DNA of 64,000 nt, from assembly GCA_040954595.2 (NCBI GenBank), contig CM082584.2, forward strand, positions 3,193,344-3,257,343, given 5' to 3'. This stretch comes from Balanoglossus misakiensis (lineage: Eukaryota; Animalia; Hemichordata). This document shows, piece after piece, positions 1 to 12,850 of the stretch. Both the position numbers and the translations under genes were made by a program. The notes under the pieces are model-generated. The model was not told the DNA's origin, made no database searches, and worked only from the letters and a program-made list of their open reading frames with translations. Within the stretch, counting starts at the first letter, position 1, and each line of letters starts with the position of its first letter.

Positions 1-188
1 TATTCTCTCGTGTATTTGTTTTCGCCTTTGCAAAAGCGAAAAAACACGCAGCTATAGTTTCTAGACTAGTGATCACGTAGAATAGCAAGCTAAGCCTTCT
101 GAAAATGATTTCACTCGCTAATATCAGGCATGTCAACAGCCCTCTGTTTGCGACTTGACCGTACGTGCATATATTCGGTTGCCCACAG

Positions 189-738
189 CTATCAAGACCG
201 CCGCTGTGACAATGCTTGGAGGCGAAAAATTGAACAGACGGTCCCGTACAACTGAGATCATTGGAGATGCTGCGTACGTCATACTATCACAGGACAGCAG
301 AGAGTTTACCGGCAATTTCTGTGTCGATGAACGCATCTTGCGGAAATTTGGAGTTACTGATTTTGAAAAATATGCGGTGGAACCAGGTAAGACGAATATC
401 TCCGCCAATACGAATATCATATCTATGATTACCACATCAGATAACTCCGTTACACGTACAGGGTTGTACGAATTATATGAGTGGAATTCAGACCTGCCAA
501 TGCAGCTATGTTTTATGACATGCTAGTATTAAAAACTGTCGAACACATGGATAAGTGATAATAGGCTGAACTGTTGTCATTTCGACATTACTTATAATTG
601 ACTAAAGCCAAGATTATACTGTGGTTGACAGTTGTTGTTATTTTCTTCGTTTTAGGGATGAGTCTGGAACTATGCGGCTATTTGGATCACACAGACGAAG
701 AATTAAAATTAACTGGAGTTTTTTCCAGCAAGCTTTAG
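189..738 (+). CDS. HSDL2: HSDL2-like short-chain dehydrogenase, copy 1; last two exons only (189-386, 656-738), 5' part outside window
   Basis: Exon 189-386 encodes AIKTAAVTMLGG...IIGDAAYVILSQDSREFTGNFCVDERILR...YAVEP, matching the C-terminal part of the HSDL2 SDR domain. AG/GT borders are canonical. Exon 656-738 reads GMSLELCGYLDHTDEELKLTGVFSSKL-stop (PTS1 SKL). Confidence 0.85.
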
Positions 739-1431
739 AGAGAGCAAAAATAGGCTGACGTTAACAACCCCAATGTGTTGAGCTGTGGTAACTTCACCGA
801 CATTTTTAGCCACATTCTAGGAGGCTGTCTGAGTGGGAGATTATCTGAGTGTAAATTTGAGATACCAAGTAGTATAATGATTTTAACTTTTCTACAAATT
901 TAAGGCAGCTTAGCCGCGTTCTTTTGGCTTTGCCCGCAAGTCATGACGTCACAGCTTACACGTGTATTTCTATTCGTAGGCCTAAATACTTGAACGTGCA
1001 TGACTGTTACTGGAAGGAATAATAAAATCAATTAGTATTATATATAAATTACTGGTCGAAACCGTACTGTTCTCTATGACAAAGTTGTCTTTCTTCATTG
1101 TTTAGCCAGTGAAGAATCTGTCAGATGACAACTTGCAAATTCACCTAAGTTTCTTCTAAAATTAATGATTTGCAGGCCCTGGCTCTAACCAGATATTGTG
1201 GAGTGGGTTACTAAGAGTGGTGGCTTGGACCAGATATAATATTAAATTGATACAATGGATAGGTTACAATATTAAATTGTAACTTAGAATTAATATACGA
1301 TTTTCTCGATATTCTCGATTTTATGCGATCGATAAAACGGCATGTTGATTGTTGGGCACATGGCCAGCAACCTCCTCAAACGGGGTCTTAAAATAATATT
1401 CAGAGTAGGGATCAAGTCCTGCGGGTAATTG

Positions 1432-1492
1432 GGTATCAGATAAGGATTATATAAGGCAGGAGTCCTGCCTTATGTAATCCTTATCTTATACC
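1432..1492. repeat. ~60-bp near-perfect palindrome
   Basis: ggtatcagataaggattatataaggcagga-g-tcctgccttatgtaatccttatcttatacc; the two arms are reverse complements with 2 mismatches. Confidence 0.8.
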
Positions 1493-2420
1493 AAATCGAC
1501 GCCACTGTTCAGTGTATTTGTTTGTGATTGACTCCCCTAGAAATCAAATGGTAATACCCAGCAAGGGCAGTGAACACGTACGTCGACAAAACACGTCTCT
1601 ACAGGTGACTTTTGACCCACCATTGACCTGAGTCGCGACTGCTTAACCATTAACCAGTAAATTGATTGATGAGGTGATATAGCCTGGTCAGATGTACATG
1701 CAGAGCTAGAGATGGCCGATAATAGTGGATATTCTAAGCAATATGCAATGAATCTCTCGACGTCCAATATTATGATCGCAGATAGTGATGAAAATAGCAC
1801 GTTTGTCTTGATATTGCGTGGATATTTAACTGTGTAGTCTGGACTGTCCCCGACCCTACCCTGTTTTAACTGGTGACCGTGGCTAACAAGCTTCAAGGTC
1901 ACTTGCCATAAAACATGATAACGCGAATATATCCTCCACAGTCGCATATGGGGGGGGGGGGGCATATGGGCTTCACTTCGCCCAGCTAGCACATATTGCT
2001 AGGGGCTGACCTGGGTATTCACCCCATGGTCCCTCTATAGAGGACCAACTTCATAGAAGACATTGGGTTTCGACCAAACCATGTTCGTGAAAGAGTTCAA
2101 GTGAGGTCACTCACACGTTGGTCGGAGATATTGAAGTCCCCTTAACCAGAAAGCCCTCACGCCCGAAATAACGCGCCACTGACTCAACAAACTCACTGGT
2201 AACTCGAAAAAATTTCCACACTTCATGCAAAGGTATAGGACTGACTCAGAGAATTTTTTTAAAAATTCTCAAATTGACCCAAAGCTTTTAAAAATCATGT
2301 TTGTCAGATGCCATAACATACAAAAGATCAGAACTACTCCAAGGCCAGTCGGGATCTCAATGCCTTTAGCTGTACTGCTGTGATAAGCAGTTTTCTAGTT
2401 TTCTATTTTTCTCTTGACAG

Positions 2421-4327
2421 AAAACTTGAAGGCAAGACTCATCACTGGTGCAAGCCGAGGCATCGGTAAGGCCATCGCCCTGACGGCAGCGAGAGACGGT
2501 GCCAATATTGCCATAGCAGCCAAGACTGATCAACCACACCCAAAGTTACCTGGTACCATCTACACGGCAGCCAAGGAAAGTAAGGAAGTGTCTTAATTCT
2601 CTCATAATTTTGCTGTGCTTTTGATTGATGTCAGACAATTTTCATTTTAAGTTCATATAATCCCCACATAACACTTGATCAAAACGTTGTTACGGTTCCT
2701 ATTTTTCTGACACAGTTGACGATGCGGAGGTAAGTGTCTGCCGTGTGTGGTAGATGTTCGCTATGAATCTAAAATCCAGGCTGCCATCGATGCGGCCATT
2801 AAGAAGTTCGGTGGCATAGACATTTTGCTCAACAATGTATTTGCCGTCCATGCAAGAGATACCCTTTCCGCAGACATGAAGAAATATGATCTCGTGATGG
2901 ATATTGCTACAAGAGGCACTTTCCTGAAATAAGTGCAGATTCAGCGAGATTTGGGTTGCCATGGTTACTGTCTGATTGCACTTGATCCCCATTCTTTGCC
3001 ACTATAGCTGACACAACTGTTCTGAAACTTAGATATTGATTTTGACAAGAACTTAATTTCATTGTTGGAATTTCTTATTTTTATAGTTTCTAGTCCTAAT
3101 CAGGCAGTTGTGTTATTTCTTTCTCCACAGATCTAAGTTGTGCCTGCCACATCTTCTGAAAGCAAAGAATGCGCACAATTTGAACATTAGCCCACCATTG
3201 AATATGAAACCAAAATGTAGGTAAGTGAATATCGACTAACTTTTAAAAATCGTCATTATCATTATAAAATGGCATCGTATTTTTTTTTTTATAGACGCAG
3301 CTAGGAATTGGCCGTATTCGTGAACCCTTTGAATGACTAAACATCATGGTCTTGTGTCCAGAGCAGTAGGCCTAGCATTTATAAGAAAATGCATGAATCT
3401 TCAGAATCGGGTGTTATTTGCAGTTTGCACACACAGAATTGTGTATCCTTTCTTTCAGCTTACACCATGGCTAAGTATGCAATATCAATGTGTGTTCTGA
3501 GAATGGCTGAAGAATTCAAATCTGAAGGTATTGCGGTCAACGCCCTGTGGCCACTTACAGGTAGTCTTCTTCCGTCCTGTAAAGCAATGCTTTGTACATA
3601 TGCACTATTATGGGACAATCTACCATAAACAAATTCATGTGAAACACTGCAGAAGTCAGTGTGTTGTATTTTATTCTGGAGAAGCCCTTACCCCTCCCCC
3701 ACCCCGAGTTTAGACCATGGTTATATGGAAAGTGTTACAATATTTGTTCTGATTGGAATCAGGGGTGTCTGCCTGGTTGATTTTGCCCCAGAGAAACTGC
3801 AGCTTTTGTAAATTCTCAAGAAGTCCATGTCATTATTTGCTCATATCTAAACTTTCTGAATGTTGAGCATAGTAGTCTGTATCATTTAACTTGCTTTAAT
3901 ACAGTTATCAAGACTTCCACTGTAACATTGAAGTGTCCAAACATTGTGGCACAACCGATGTCATGGCCGATGCTGCCTACGCCATACTATCACAGGACAG
4001 CAGAGAGTTTACCGGCAATTTCTGTGTTGATGAGCGCATCTTGCGAAAAGTCGGAGTGACTGGTTTGAAAAATGTGCAGTGGAACCAGGTAAGCTGTATT
4101 TATATATCCGTGACTTGTACATATAATTAGAAAATGCATGCCATTTAAAATACATTGCAATGAATTTTGAATACATGCTTCTTTGCATAGTTACCCCAAA
4201 AATTCCCGTTTACTTAATACTTTTCTATTTTTTTTCACCTGTAGGAATGACATTGAGTCCTGATTTCTACTTGGACTTTACAGATAAAGAAATGAGGTTC
4301 TTTGGACTTGGGAATTCCAAACTGTAG
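2421..4327 (+). pseudogene. HSDL2: HSDL2-like copy 2 (pseudogene); exons ~2421-2579, 2716-2928, 3131-3220, 3459-3560, 3905-4088, 4245-4327
   Basis: Contains the ITGASRGIG Rossmann motif, the YTMAK catalytic motif and terminal NSKL-stop. Relative to copy 3 it has a 5-nt deletion near 2440, a 1-nt deletion near 2725 and a 14-nt deletion near 3216. The donor at 2929 reads ATAAGT instead of GTAAGT. Confidence 0.85.
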
Positions 4328-5100
4328 GTTATATGGACCTGCAGGCTATAATAATCTGTATTACAATGCAATCCGTACGTCCAAATCATGGTTAATCATA
4401 TATGTTCATGAGCAATTCGGATGCTCCACAATACCATACAATTAATTCATTTGGACTACTGGACAGTGCCAGACCTGTAATCTGATGTGATTTTCTGTTA
4501 ATAATTCACAACTGCAAGAATTCAGGCGAAAACATGCATATACTAAGGACTGTGAAAGTGTGTCTTCTCTTGATTTATTCACATTTTGTCCATAGAAAAT
4601 GACATGAATATAACTTTTTTTCATATTTCTGAAATATACCTTATGCATAATTTTTGGTGTTTCTTCTACATATGAAAGTGCAAAATGCATGTTTTTCACA
4701 TGTGTGTGCTAGTACATGTATAAGTATAAAGTTAGCAACACTCTTTTGTTTCAATGAATAGTATTATGTAACAGGTTGTAACAGGCCTGAGTTTTTTCTG
4801 GGGGACACGTCTAGATATATGTGCATGACCAGATTTGACCCCTATAAAACTACTTCGTTCATCTGTATCACCAGATTCCTATGTGGAAGACAGTATATTT
4901 ATATTTATGGTATATATATGATCTCAAGGTGTTCTTTTTAATGCAAGATTGCGGATGGCAATGAAAAATAGCACTTTTGGAGTGTGTGTCAATCAAAGTC
5001 ACTTGTAGTTGCCGGCGACTAGACTGGGGTCAGGCTGCAAATGAACCAACTGCAGTACACGTCTGGGTTCTTCAAGTTTCGTTATTTTTTATCGTGACAG

Positions 5101-6649
5101 AAAACTCGCAGGCAAGACTCTGTTCATCACTGGTGCAAGTCGTGGCATCGGTAAGGCCATCGCCCTGACGGCAGCGAGAGACGGTGCCAATGTTGCCATA
5201 GCAGCCAAGACTGATCAACCACACCCAAAGTTACCAGGTACCATCTACACAGCATCCAAGGACAGTAAGGAAGTGTCTTAATGCTGTCATAATTCTCTAT
5301 CAGAATATTCAAAATCTTGATCAAATGCTGTTACTGTTATTATTTTTGACACAGTTGAGGATGCAGGAGGTAAGTGTCTGCCCTGCGTGGTAGATGTTCA
5401 CTATGAATCTCAAATCCAGGCTGCCGTCGACGCGGCAGTTGAGGAGTTTTGATAAACAACGCAAGTGCCATCAATACAACAGGTACTCTTTACACAGATA
5501 TGAAGAGATATGATCTGATGATGGATATTAATACAAGAGGCACTTTTCTGACATAAGTGGAGATTTAACGACATTTGAGTTACCATGGTTACAGTGTAAA
5601 TGTACTTAATACACATTTATTGTCACTGCTAGCTGACACACCTGGATGCATGATCCAAAAATAATTGTCGGCCATAAAAAAATAATCAAAAATGGCTGCC
5701 CACTTGAACTCACTGCTGGAATTTCTCATTGTTTTTAAAAATTTACTGGTCTTAATCAGACAGTTGTTAATAATTGTGTTAATTTGTCTCACAGATCTAA
5801 GTTGTGCCTGCCGCATCTGCTGAAAGCAAAGAATGCACACATTTTGAACATTAGCCCACCGTTGAATATGAAACCCAAATGGTTTGCTAATCATGTAGGT
5901 AAGTAGATATTGGCTTACTTTCAAGAGATGTAAGTTCAATCTGTTCTTACAATATGCATGTCTGGTATTTTCGGTTGTAAGTGGTTGTAAAATTGCCAAA
6001 TTGGGTGCTATTTGCACAAACAGGATTTCGTGGAATGGCAGAGGAATTTAAATTAAGGCATTATGGTCAACGCTCTTTGGCAGGTTGTGTTTGGAACCAG
6101 TGAGTTTCTACAAGGATGATTTGGTCCTCACAGAAATAGCAATATTCTCGAGAAGTCCCTATCATCCCTTAGTACTTGTTGTGTTCATATATAAACGTTC
6201 TGTATGTTAAGCATCTGGTCATCCAAAAGACTACTCTCTGTATCTGTCACCTTGCCTTCAGCTATCATGACTGCCGCTGTAAAATGATGGGAGGTGAATA
6301 AATGGTCAAACGATCTCGTACAACCGATATGATGGCTGATGCTACGTACATCATACTATCACAGGACAGCAGAGAGTTTACCGGAAATTTCTGTGTTGAT
6401 GAACACGTCTTGAGAAAGGTTAGAGTGACTGTTTTGAACAATATATGGTTGAACTAGGTAAGCCAATTTTATCTATGACTTTCTAGGTTTTCTCAAAATT
6501 CTACACTCAGGGCATGTGGAATGGCGCAACCACACACTAACTTTTCTAATTATTTTTCACCTGTAGGATTGACTTTGGCTCCCGATTTCTATTTGGAACT
6601 TACGGATGAAGAAATTAGCAGGCTTGGGTCTTGAAATTCCAAACTGTAG
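5101..6649 (+). pseudogene. HSDL2: HSDL2-like copy 3 (pseudogene); exons ~5101-5264, 5355-5552, 5795-5898, ~6030-6083 (decayed), 6262-6457, 6567-6649
   Basis: KLAGKTLFITGASRG and SKLCLPHLLKAKNAHILNISPPLNMKPKWFANHV are recognisable. It has deletions and frameshifts in several exons, an ATAAGT donor at 5553 and a premature TGA just before NSKL. Its 3' flank (~7400-7510, ~7945-8110) resembles the copy-2 flank (~4420-4710). Confidence 0.85.
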
Positions 6650-8541
6650 GTTGGGTATGCATGGGCACGATATTTATATATAATTCCCCCGTATTTCGAA
6701 CGAGTGTGTCTGCGTCGTGGACGAGTGATTCCTCTTATAGCGGCCGTATCCCTCCGAGCCGCAGGCGAGGAGGGATACTCAACTTTTTATTTCAATTGTT
6801 TACAAATACGGGTACATGCACTTGTTATTCCGTTTTACAAGAAAGTTACAGCGACGTGCGAATCAGTGAAAATAGTTCCGGTTGATGACGTAGAACAGGG
6901 GTAAATTCGGAATTTTTATTCGACCTGTTCTACGTCACACAGGTGGGCTATACGGGCCAGTTCATGTGATAAACATCTATAACACTACAGTGCAATCCAT
7001 TGTCTTCACGTTGTGATAATTGCATCCAAATCATGGTAAATCAACTTCCCTCATGCAGTCGCATCGATGACCCATATTAGGAGTTGCTTATTAGCATAAC
7101 AATTAACATATCATTAATATGTAGAACGCGATCTGGCCAATGACGCGCCCGGAAAGCCGCGCCTCTCACCCATTTCCCCGCCCTTTGTTAAGAAAATCAC
7201 GACCTTTTCTTTTCAAATGTAAATTTTGGGGTCAAATACGCTGTTTGGGGATATCCCGTCAATTGAAAACAAGTAAGTACGAGTCAAACTTGCTACCGCG
7301 TCAATAAGAAAAATTTTCACCAGTGCTTTTGTGAAATATTTAATTTTGATTGTGGCGTCTACGCTATTTTTGAGGATTGGGCAACCTCGGATTCTCCACA
7401 ATATCATGCAAATTAATCTGGATGGTTTAATGGAGCATACAATGTATGTATAGTCTGATGTGATTTTCATTGAAGACGTGAATAATTTGCTGCTGCAAGA
7501 CTTCAGCACTGCCTTTTGGAGAATGTCTCATGAAAGGTGCTACTTCAATAGATATTCTATGAATTGGTGATACATTATAATTTATGGCTGCAAGAATTCT
7601 ACAGAACTGAAGTGTCAAGAGAATCTCAGAAGTTTCTTATAAGTTGCTGCTTCTTGACACATTGCAAAATTTACATGAAATTCCAGTGAAAGCAAGACTG
7701 TCTTCAGCCTTTTTTTGGCCTCAGCTAGAACCTGGCCTGGGGCAGTAAGAATCTCTTTGATCCGTGATGTGATGTTGTGTAAAGTGAAATGGCTGTTCAG
7801 TGACTGTATTAAGCCTATTCTTTTGTGAAAGTTAATTTTCTGATGGATTTTAAGTATGAGTGGGTGGAAATCCTTCTCACTACTCAACCAAATTGATTCA
7901 GGCAAAAACATATAATACATATAATATCTCACAAAATACCAGACGAGTGTGAAAGTGTGTCTTCTCTTGATTTATTCACATTTTATCCATTGAAAATTTA
8001 TACAATGTTTTATATAATACTGAAAAATATCTTCTGCATATACATAAATAATATGGATATTCTGCTACATATGAGAGAGGGCAAATTGCATGTCAATTTC
8101 TGTGTTTGCATGTAAATGTATGTTTACACTTCTTTGCTCATTGAAATGAATTGTATTTACCGAGATGTGCCCTCTGAACAAGTATGGTTTTGTATACGTT
8201 TAAGCGCAATATGACTATTTTTAGACACTTCTTTGCGTCACCCTGACAGGCTGACACCTTTACATGAAATATGGATAATTTTCTTGCGTCACCAGCGAGT
8301 CTTGTGTCAGTGACGCACATCATTTCGGCGCCGACCTAAGGGGCTTCCGGGTCTAATAATGATCTGTACATGTGTTCAACTTTTTTCATGAATATCTGCT
8401 CAAGAATATATACTCTTAGTCTTCAGTCTGAGACGGACGACAATTTTGAATTTCAAATGTCAATAGATTATAATCAGGCAACTGATCTCATATAGTTAAC
8501 TTTAAACAGGATATGTATTCCCATTTCACAAAAGATCAGAT

Positions 8542-9201
8542 TTAAGATGGGTTCCCTGTATCTTTTTGCTCGTTGCTATGGGCCTTTATAGGAACCTACA
8601 CTCAATTTTGATCGAAACCGTTATGAACGTCCGACAAGGGGCTTGTAACTAGTTAAAAATGCTAAAAATCCAATGTTTTGTACACAGAGATTTTGTACCG
8701 TTCACGAAAATCCCTAAGGCTTTTTTCATAGGCCACGTACGCCAGTCAAATTTGACCTGTTTGTTGAGAACGCACTTCCGCACAGTGTGACGGATCGTTT
8801 TTTCGGTTTTCGTCGTGCTAAGAAGCGATACCGGTGGAAGAGTGCGTCCAAGAACACCCAAAATCGATGACTTTTTCAGGTGTGGTACGGGTATGTTGAA
8901 ATCGTAGGATACAACGATAATATTCGAAAACAAAATCCGTCACGATCTTCCCTGGTTCAAGCAACTAATGAATACGTATCAAGTTCGTTTTTGAGGTCAC
9001 GGAATAAAAAGCCTTAGGCTTTTGAAATTTGACCTAATTTGCATATCAATGGCGTCAGGGGGCGCGCGCTCACAATCGTGCAGATTTCAACTAGTTACCA
9101 GCCCCTTGTAAGACTCTGAAAACGGCTTAGTCCAAATCGGGGTGTAATGTCCTGCAAAGGCCCATAGCAATGAGCAAAAAGATCCGGGGGACCCATCTTA
9201 A
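8542..9201. repeat. Degenerate inverted repeat (~115-bp arms, 8542-8654 and 9089-9201), probably part of an old non-autonomous element that the DIRS inserted into
   Basis: ttaagatgggttccctgtatctttttgctcgttgctatgggccttt...acaaggggcttgtaactagtt matches the reverse complement of 9089-9201. Confidence 0.65.
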
Positions 9202-9232
9202 TTGGAGATTTCATAAGCACACCAAAGGTGTG

Positions 9233-11207
9233 CAGTCTTCGGACTGAGCGCGAAAAGTGGGCGTGTCCATTATCACTCATTAAGTATTCAAAAAGGCTGA
9301 CTACGCTGTCGAGTGTCCGGAAAATTACGGTCGGAAACAGAAATTACAAGTCGCAGTGTCTCCAACACGAAAACAATTCAGCGAGCTTAGCTTTTAACAA
9401 AGAACTGACATTAAGTTCCTTACTCGCTGTGACAAATCCAAAAACCGACGTGATTTTTTTTACAAAAATTAACTCAGAAAAAACATCAACACTTGAATTT
9501 ACCAGCCCCGCACTGCAAATTGCATGGCGATGCCTATGGAACTGACCAAAATTTGACAGATCGTGGTTGCTAAAATGGTGCTGGTGCAATATTTCAGCAT
9601 ATGCAGCAAGCAGCGAAACCTGCCGATTCCCAGACGACTTTCTCTGACCAATGAACCTCAATTGAATGACGAGAAACCACAATTTCTCAATGACTTTCAG
9701 TCTGCCGACTGATGACCCCAAAATGTTATGACCTTTTGAATACGCCAACCAGTGGGTGTCATTTAGTGCACGTGATATGCTAAATAGCGTTACTATTTCT
9801 ATGGCGCCATGGTAACGTAAACAACATGCGTCAATCTCCCGCCAAGAAAGGCAAGGCTTCACGCTTTTGCTCAAAGTTTATTCGATACAACTAAGTTTGT
9901 TGTAAACAAATATCTGAATATTTATATATAAGATCATGTCAGTTATGAGTATATCTACCCACCCATTGATCAATGATGCTGTCATCAGGCTTGAACGTCA
10001 TGAAAGGGGCGTTGATATCTCTGTGTCAGAGACTGACCCATGTGATTAGGGTACACACATGGGCTCTAGTGGGGTAATTCTGCATGTAATCGCGGTTCTT
10101 ACGGAAGTCAGAGGAAGTAAATATGCGTGTTTGTTCCAGATGCGTCTCTTTTTTCGCTGTTGGAGTCTTATTTTGGCTGATTGCGGGATACATGACTGCA
10201 AGCACTTCCCTTGAAATTGGTATTAAATTCACAAAACCGTTGAAAAACGACATGGTGCATGCATCCACGCGAGGTATCTGTGTTCGATCGGTGTGATTAC
10301 GAAATAACAACATGTATCGTAAGTATTTTGGGCACTGCGGACGATTGCATCTGATAAATGATTGATTGAAGGCCCACAAACATTCATAACCAAAATATCG
10401 ACAAACTACGTTTTACGCCTCACTTCGAGTGGCTGCATATTTTTTTAGAGGCTTAGCACTAGCTAAAATAGGTTCGTATGAGAACAATAAAGTATATATG
10501 ACCCCAGAAATTCGAGTTTGAATAGTTTTCACTCTTTGGATGAAAAGGCACAAAAAATCAAACAAATCACTGCATTTTCACACAAAAACAGTGTGTGCCA
10601 GGAAGACCCTGTCAGAAAGTGTGGAATTTACGGGTAAGATGTTCTGGACGAAAAAATGAGCATAAGAGGTGATGAGTGATTAAAATAAACACTCTGCATG
10701 ACATTTGCGTCTGGATTTTTTTACTACGACACGGCAAAATCACGGTATTTTGCTACAAAATCGCCAATTTAACAACACCAATTGGAGACGTCCCACAGTC
10801 TCTATTCAGTCGTTGATCATGATATACGATAGTTTCCAACAAAGTTCTAATGAAATAGAGTATATAGCACGTTTTTTCTCGTCCATTGAAGCTTTGGATG
10901 AAAAGGCACAAAAAATCAAAGTTGGTATATGCCTCTGAAGGCTAAAATAGAAGGGGTCAAAGGTAACTCTTTTATTTTTATTTTTCGCAAATCTACCGAA
11001 TTCATCTCTTTGATTCTCTTATTGCTTTATTTCAATAATTTTCACAAAGATAACGAAATCTGTCAAGTACTCTCAAAACATTGAAAAAAATTGGATTGAA
11101 ATCTCTCCACGTACGCTGGGTTCTTGGCCGCCATAACAGAGGTCAATGAGTGCTGAAATTTCCCAGCATGCTTTGCGGTGTTTTGATAATGGGAATCGCG
11201 CTCAGTG
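9233..11207. mobile_element. ~1.97-kb non-autonomous DNA element nested in the DIRS terminus; superfamily unresolved
   Basis: Flanked by a direct repeat GGTGTG (9227-9232, 11207-11212; TSD of 5-6 bp). Inverted motifs ACTGAGCGCGA (9243-9253 and 11196-11206) and CCATTATCA (9267-9275 and 11184-11192). No recognisable coding sequence. Confidence 0.75.
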
Positions 11208-11685
11208 GTGTGAAATGGAATCATAATTCCATGAACAAAACCGAGTTAAGATATAACTATGCATTTCTCCAGAAATGACAATATCGCCCTCAACGTTCAT
11301 TCATTCAAAGCAAACTACTGAGCATGCTCAGAAGCACTCATCCTTCGACAAAATGGTGCATGGAAAGTAGATTCAGTTGAACTGAATTTTATTTATTTAA
11401 CTGTCATTTTCATTTTTTTACAGTAACAATAACACAAACTTCGAGTATTAATTGTGAATTAGTGACAAATGTCAGCAACCTCGTTATGTAGAAACAGTAA
11501 AACGTCTAGTGCTAAACTTGCACAACATGAATGCCAAGTCAGTCCATTCTAAATGTGGCAGTCTCACAAGAACACCAATTTCAGTCTCCACAGAATTTTC
11601 CATTCAGGGCCTGAAAAAGTTTATAGCAAATATGGTTACCCATAGACTCCACCATGAAAGTGTCTCCTGGGAGGGCAGGGTGGGA

Positions 11686-11802
11686 AGTTATATCTTAACT
11701 CGGTTTTGTTCATGGTATTATGATTCCATTTCACAAACCTTTGGTGTGCTTATGAAATCTCCAATTCCATTTCACAAAACCTCGTTAAGATATAACTATG
11801 CA
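11686..11802. promoter_or_regulatory. DIRS internal complementary region (ICR)
   Basis: 11686-11734 is complementary to ~11209-11258. 11737-11766 is complementary to 9200-9229. 11763-11802 is complementary to 16226-16266. Confidence 0.9.
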
Positions 11803-11816
11803 TGTTTAAAGCTCAT

Positions 11817-12850
11817 TTATTTAGTCAGTTGTAAAATGCCTTTCACAAAGCCAGGAGCAGGGCTGTTAGGCTTTCCTTGTTTCACTTCCCTCAAATAAAA
11901 CCTTTTGAAGGTGGATGACTTAGACCAATTTGCTCTGGACAGGATGTCTTCAAGTGACACCCCTTGTTTTCTAGCCTTTGAAGTTGCAGCTGATCTAGTG
12001 GAATGGGCTGTGAAAATATTTGTGTCAAGGCCCGAAGCATTCATGACCACTTTCAGCCACCTAGCAAGAGTATGTTTTGACACAGGTTTATGAGGTTTGG
12101 GGTAGCTTAAAAACAGCTGGTTTCTGTCTATACAATCAGCAGTTGAACGCCATTCTTTTGTCCTGTCTAAGTATACTCTCAGGCAGGAAAGGACACACAG
12201 GGATTTGTTATGAGGGAATTTATTGAAGGAAAGTGAGTCCAGTGGACTATCAGAGCCCTTTTTAGGGGTGTGAGAAAGTGTTCTTGGATGATTTAGTCAG
12301 TTTAGTCAATTTGAACGAAATATTGTCCCCTGAGTCGGTCATACTGTTTACCTGAAGGCAATGCAGTTCAGACTGTCTGCCCGCAGTAGTAAGAGCAATC
12401 AGCATACACAACTTTGTTGATAAATCCTTCATACTTTGGGCTGAGTTAGCACCCAAATGTTTTAGGTACGAGAGGACATGGTCTACATTCCAAGTTTCAG
12501 TGTATCTGGGCTGTGGAGGTCTGCTGTTAAACACCGCTTGTAACAGTGTTTTTACCTTTGGGTGTTGGCCCACTCTAAAGTTGTCTATTTGTGGGTGGAA
12601 TGCTGATATAGATTATCTATAAGTTGTGATTGTTCGGTACTCATACCCCTCTTTGAACAGACTTGTGAAAAAATTTAGGATATTTCCCAAAGTGGCCTGA
12701 AATGGATTAATTTGTTGTTCACCCCACCAGCAATTCCATTTTCTCCAGGAGGAATTGTAAGAGCTCGATGTTCCATCGCGCCAGGCGTTTGACATAAGTT
12801 GGGCAGTTTCTTTTGAAATTCCGTCTGACATGAGAGATTGCCTGAAACCT
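11817..12850 (-). pseudogene. DIRS tyrosine recombinase (fragmented)
   Basis: N-terminal core-binding region (SSYNSSWRKW...LNFFTSLF), then GRQSEL (catalytic R), HSTRSAA (H-x-x-R), and ANWSKSSTFKRFY (W, catalytic Y). Split by stops and frameshifts near 12613 and 12262. Confidence 0.9.

Noticed and set aside
7427-7932. Minus-strand ORFs downstream of HSDL2 copy 3
   Set aside because: No recognisable domain; they lie in duplicated 3' flank sequence.
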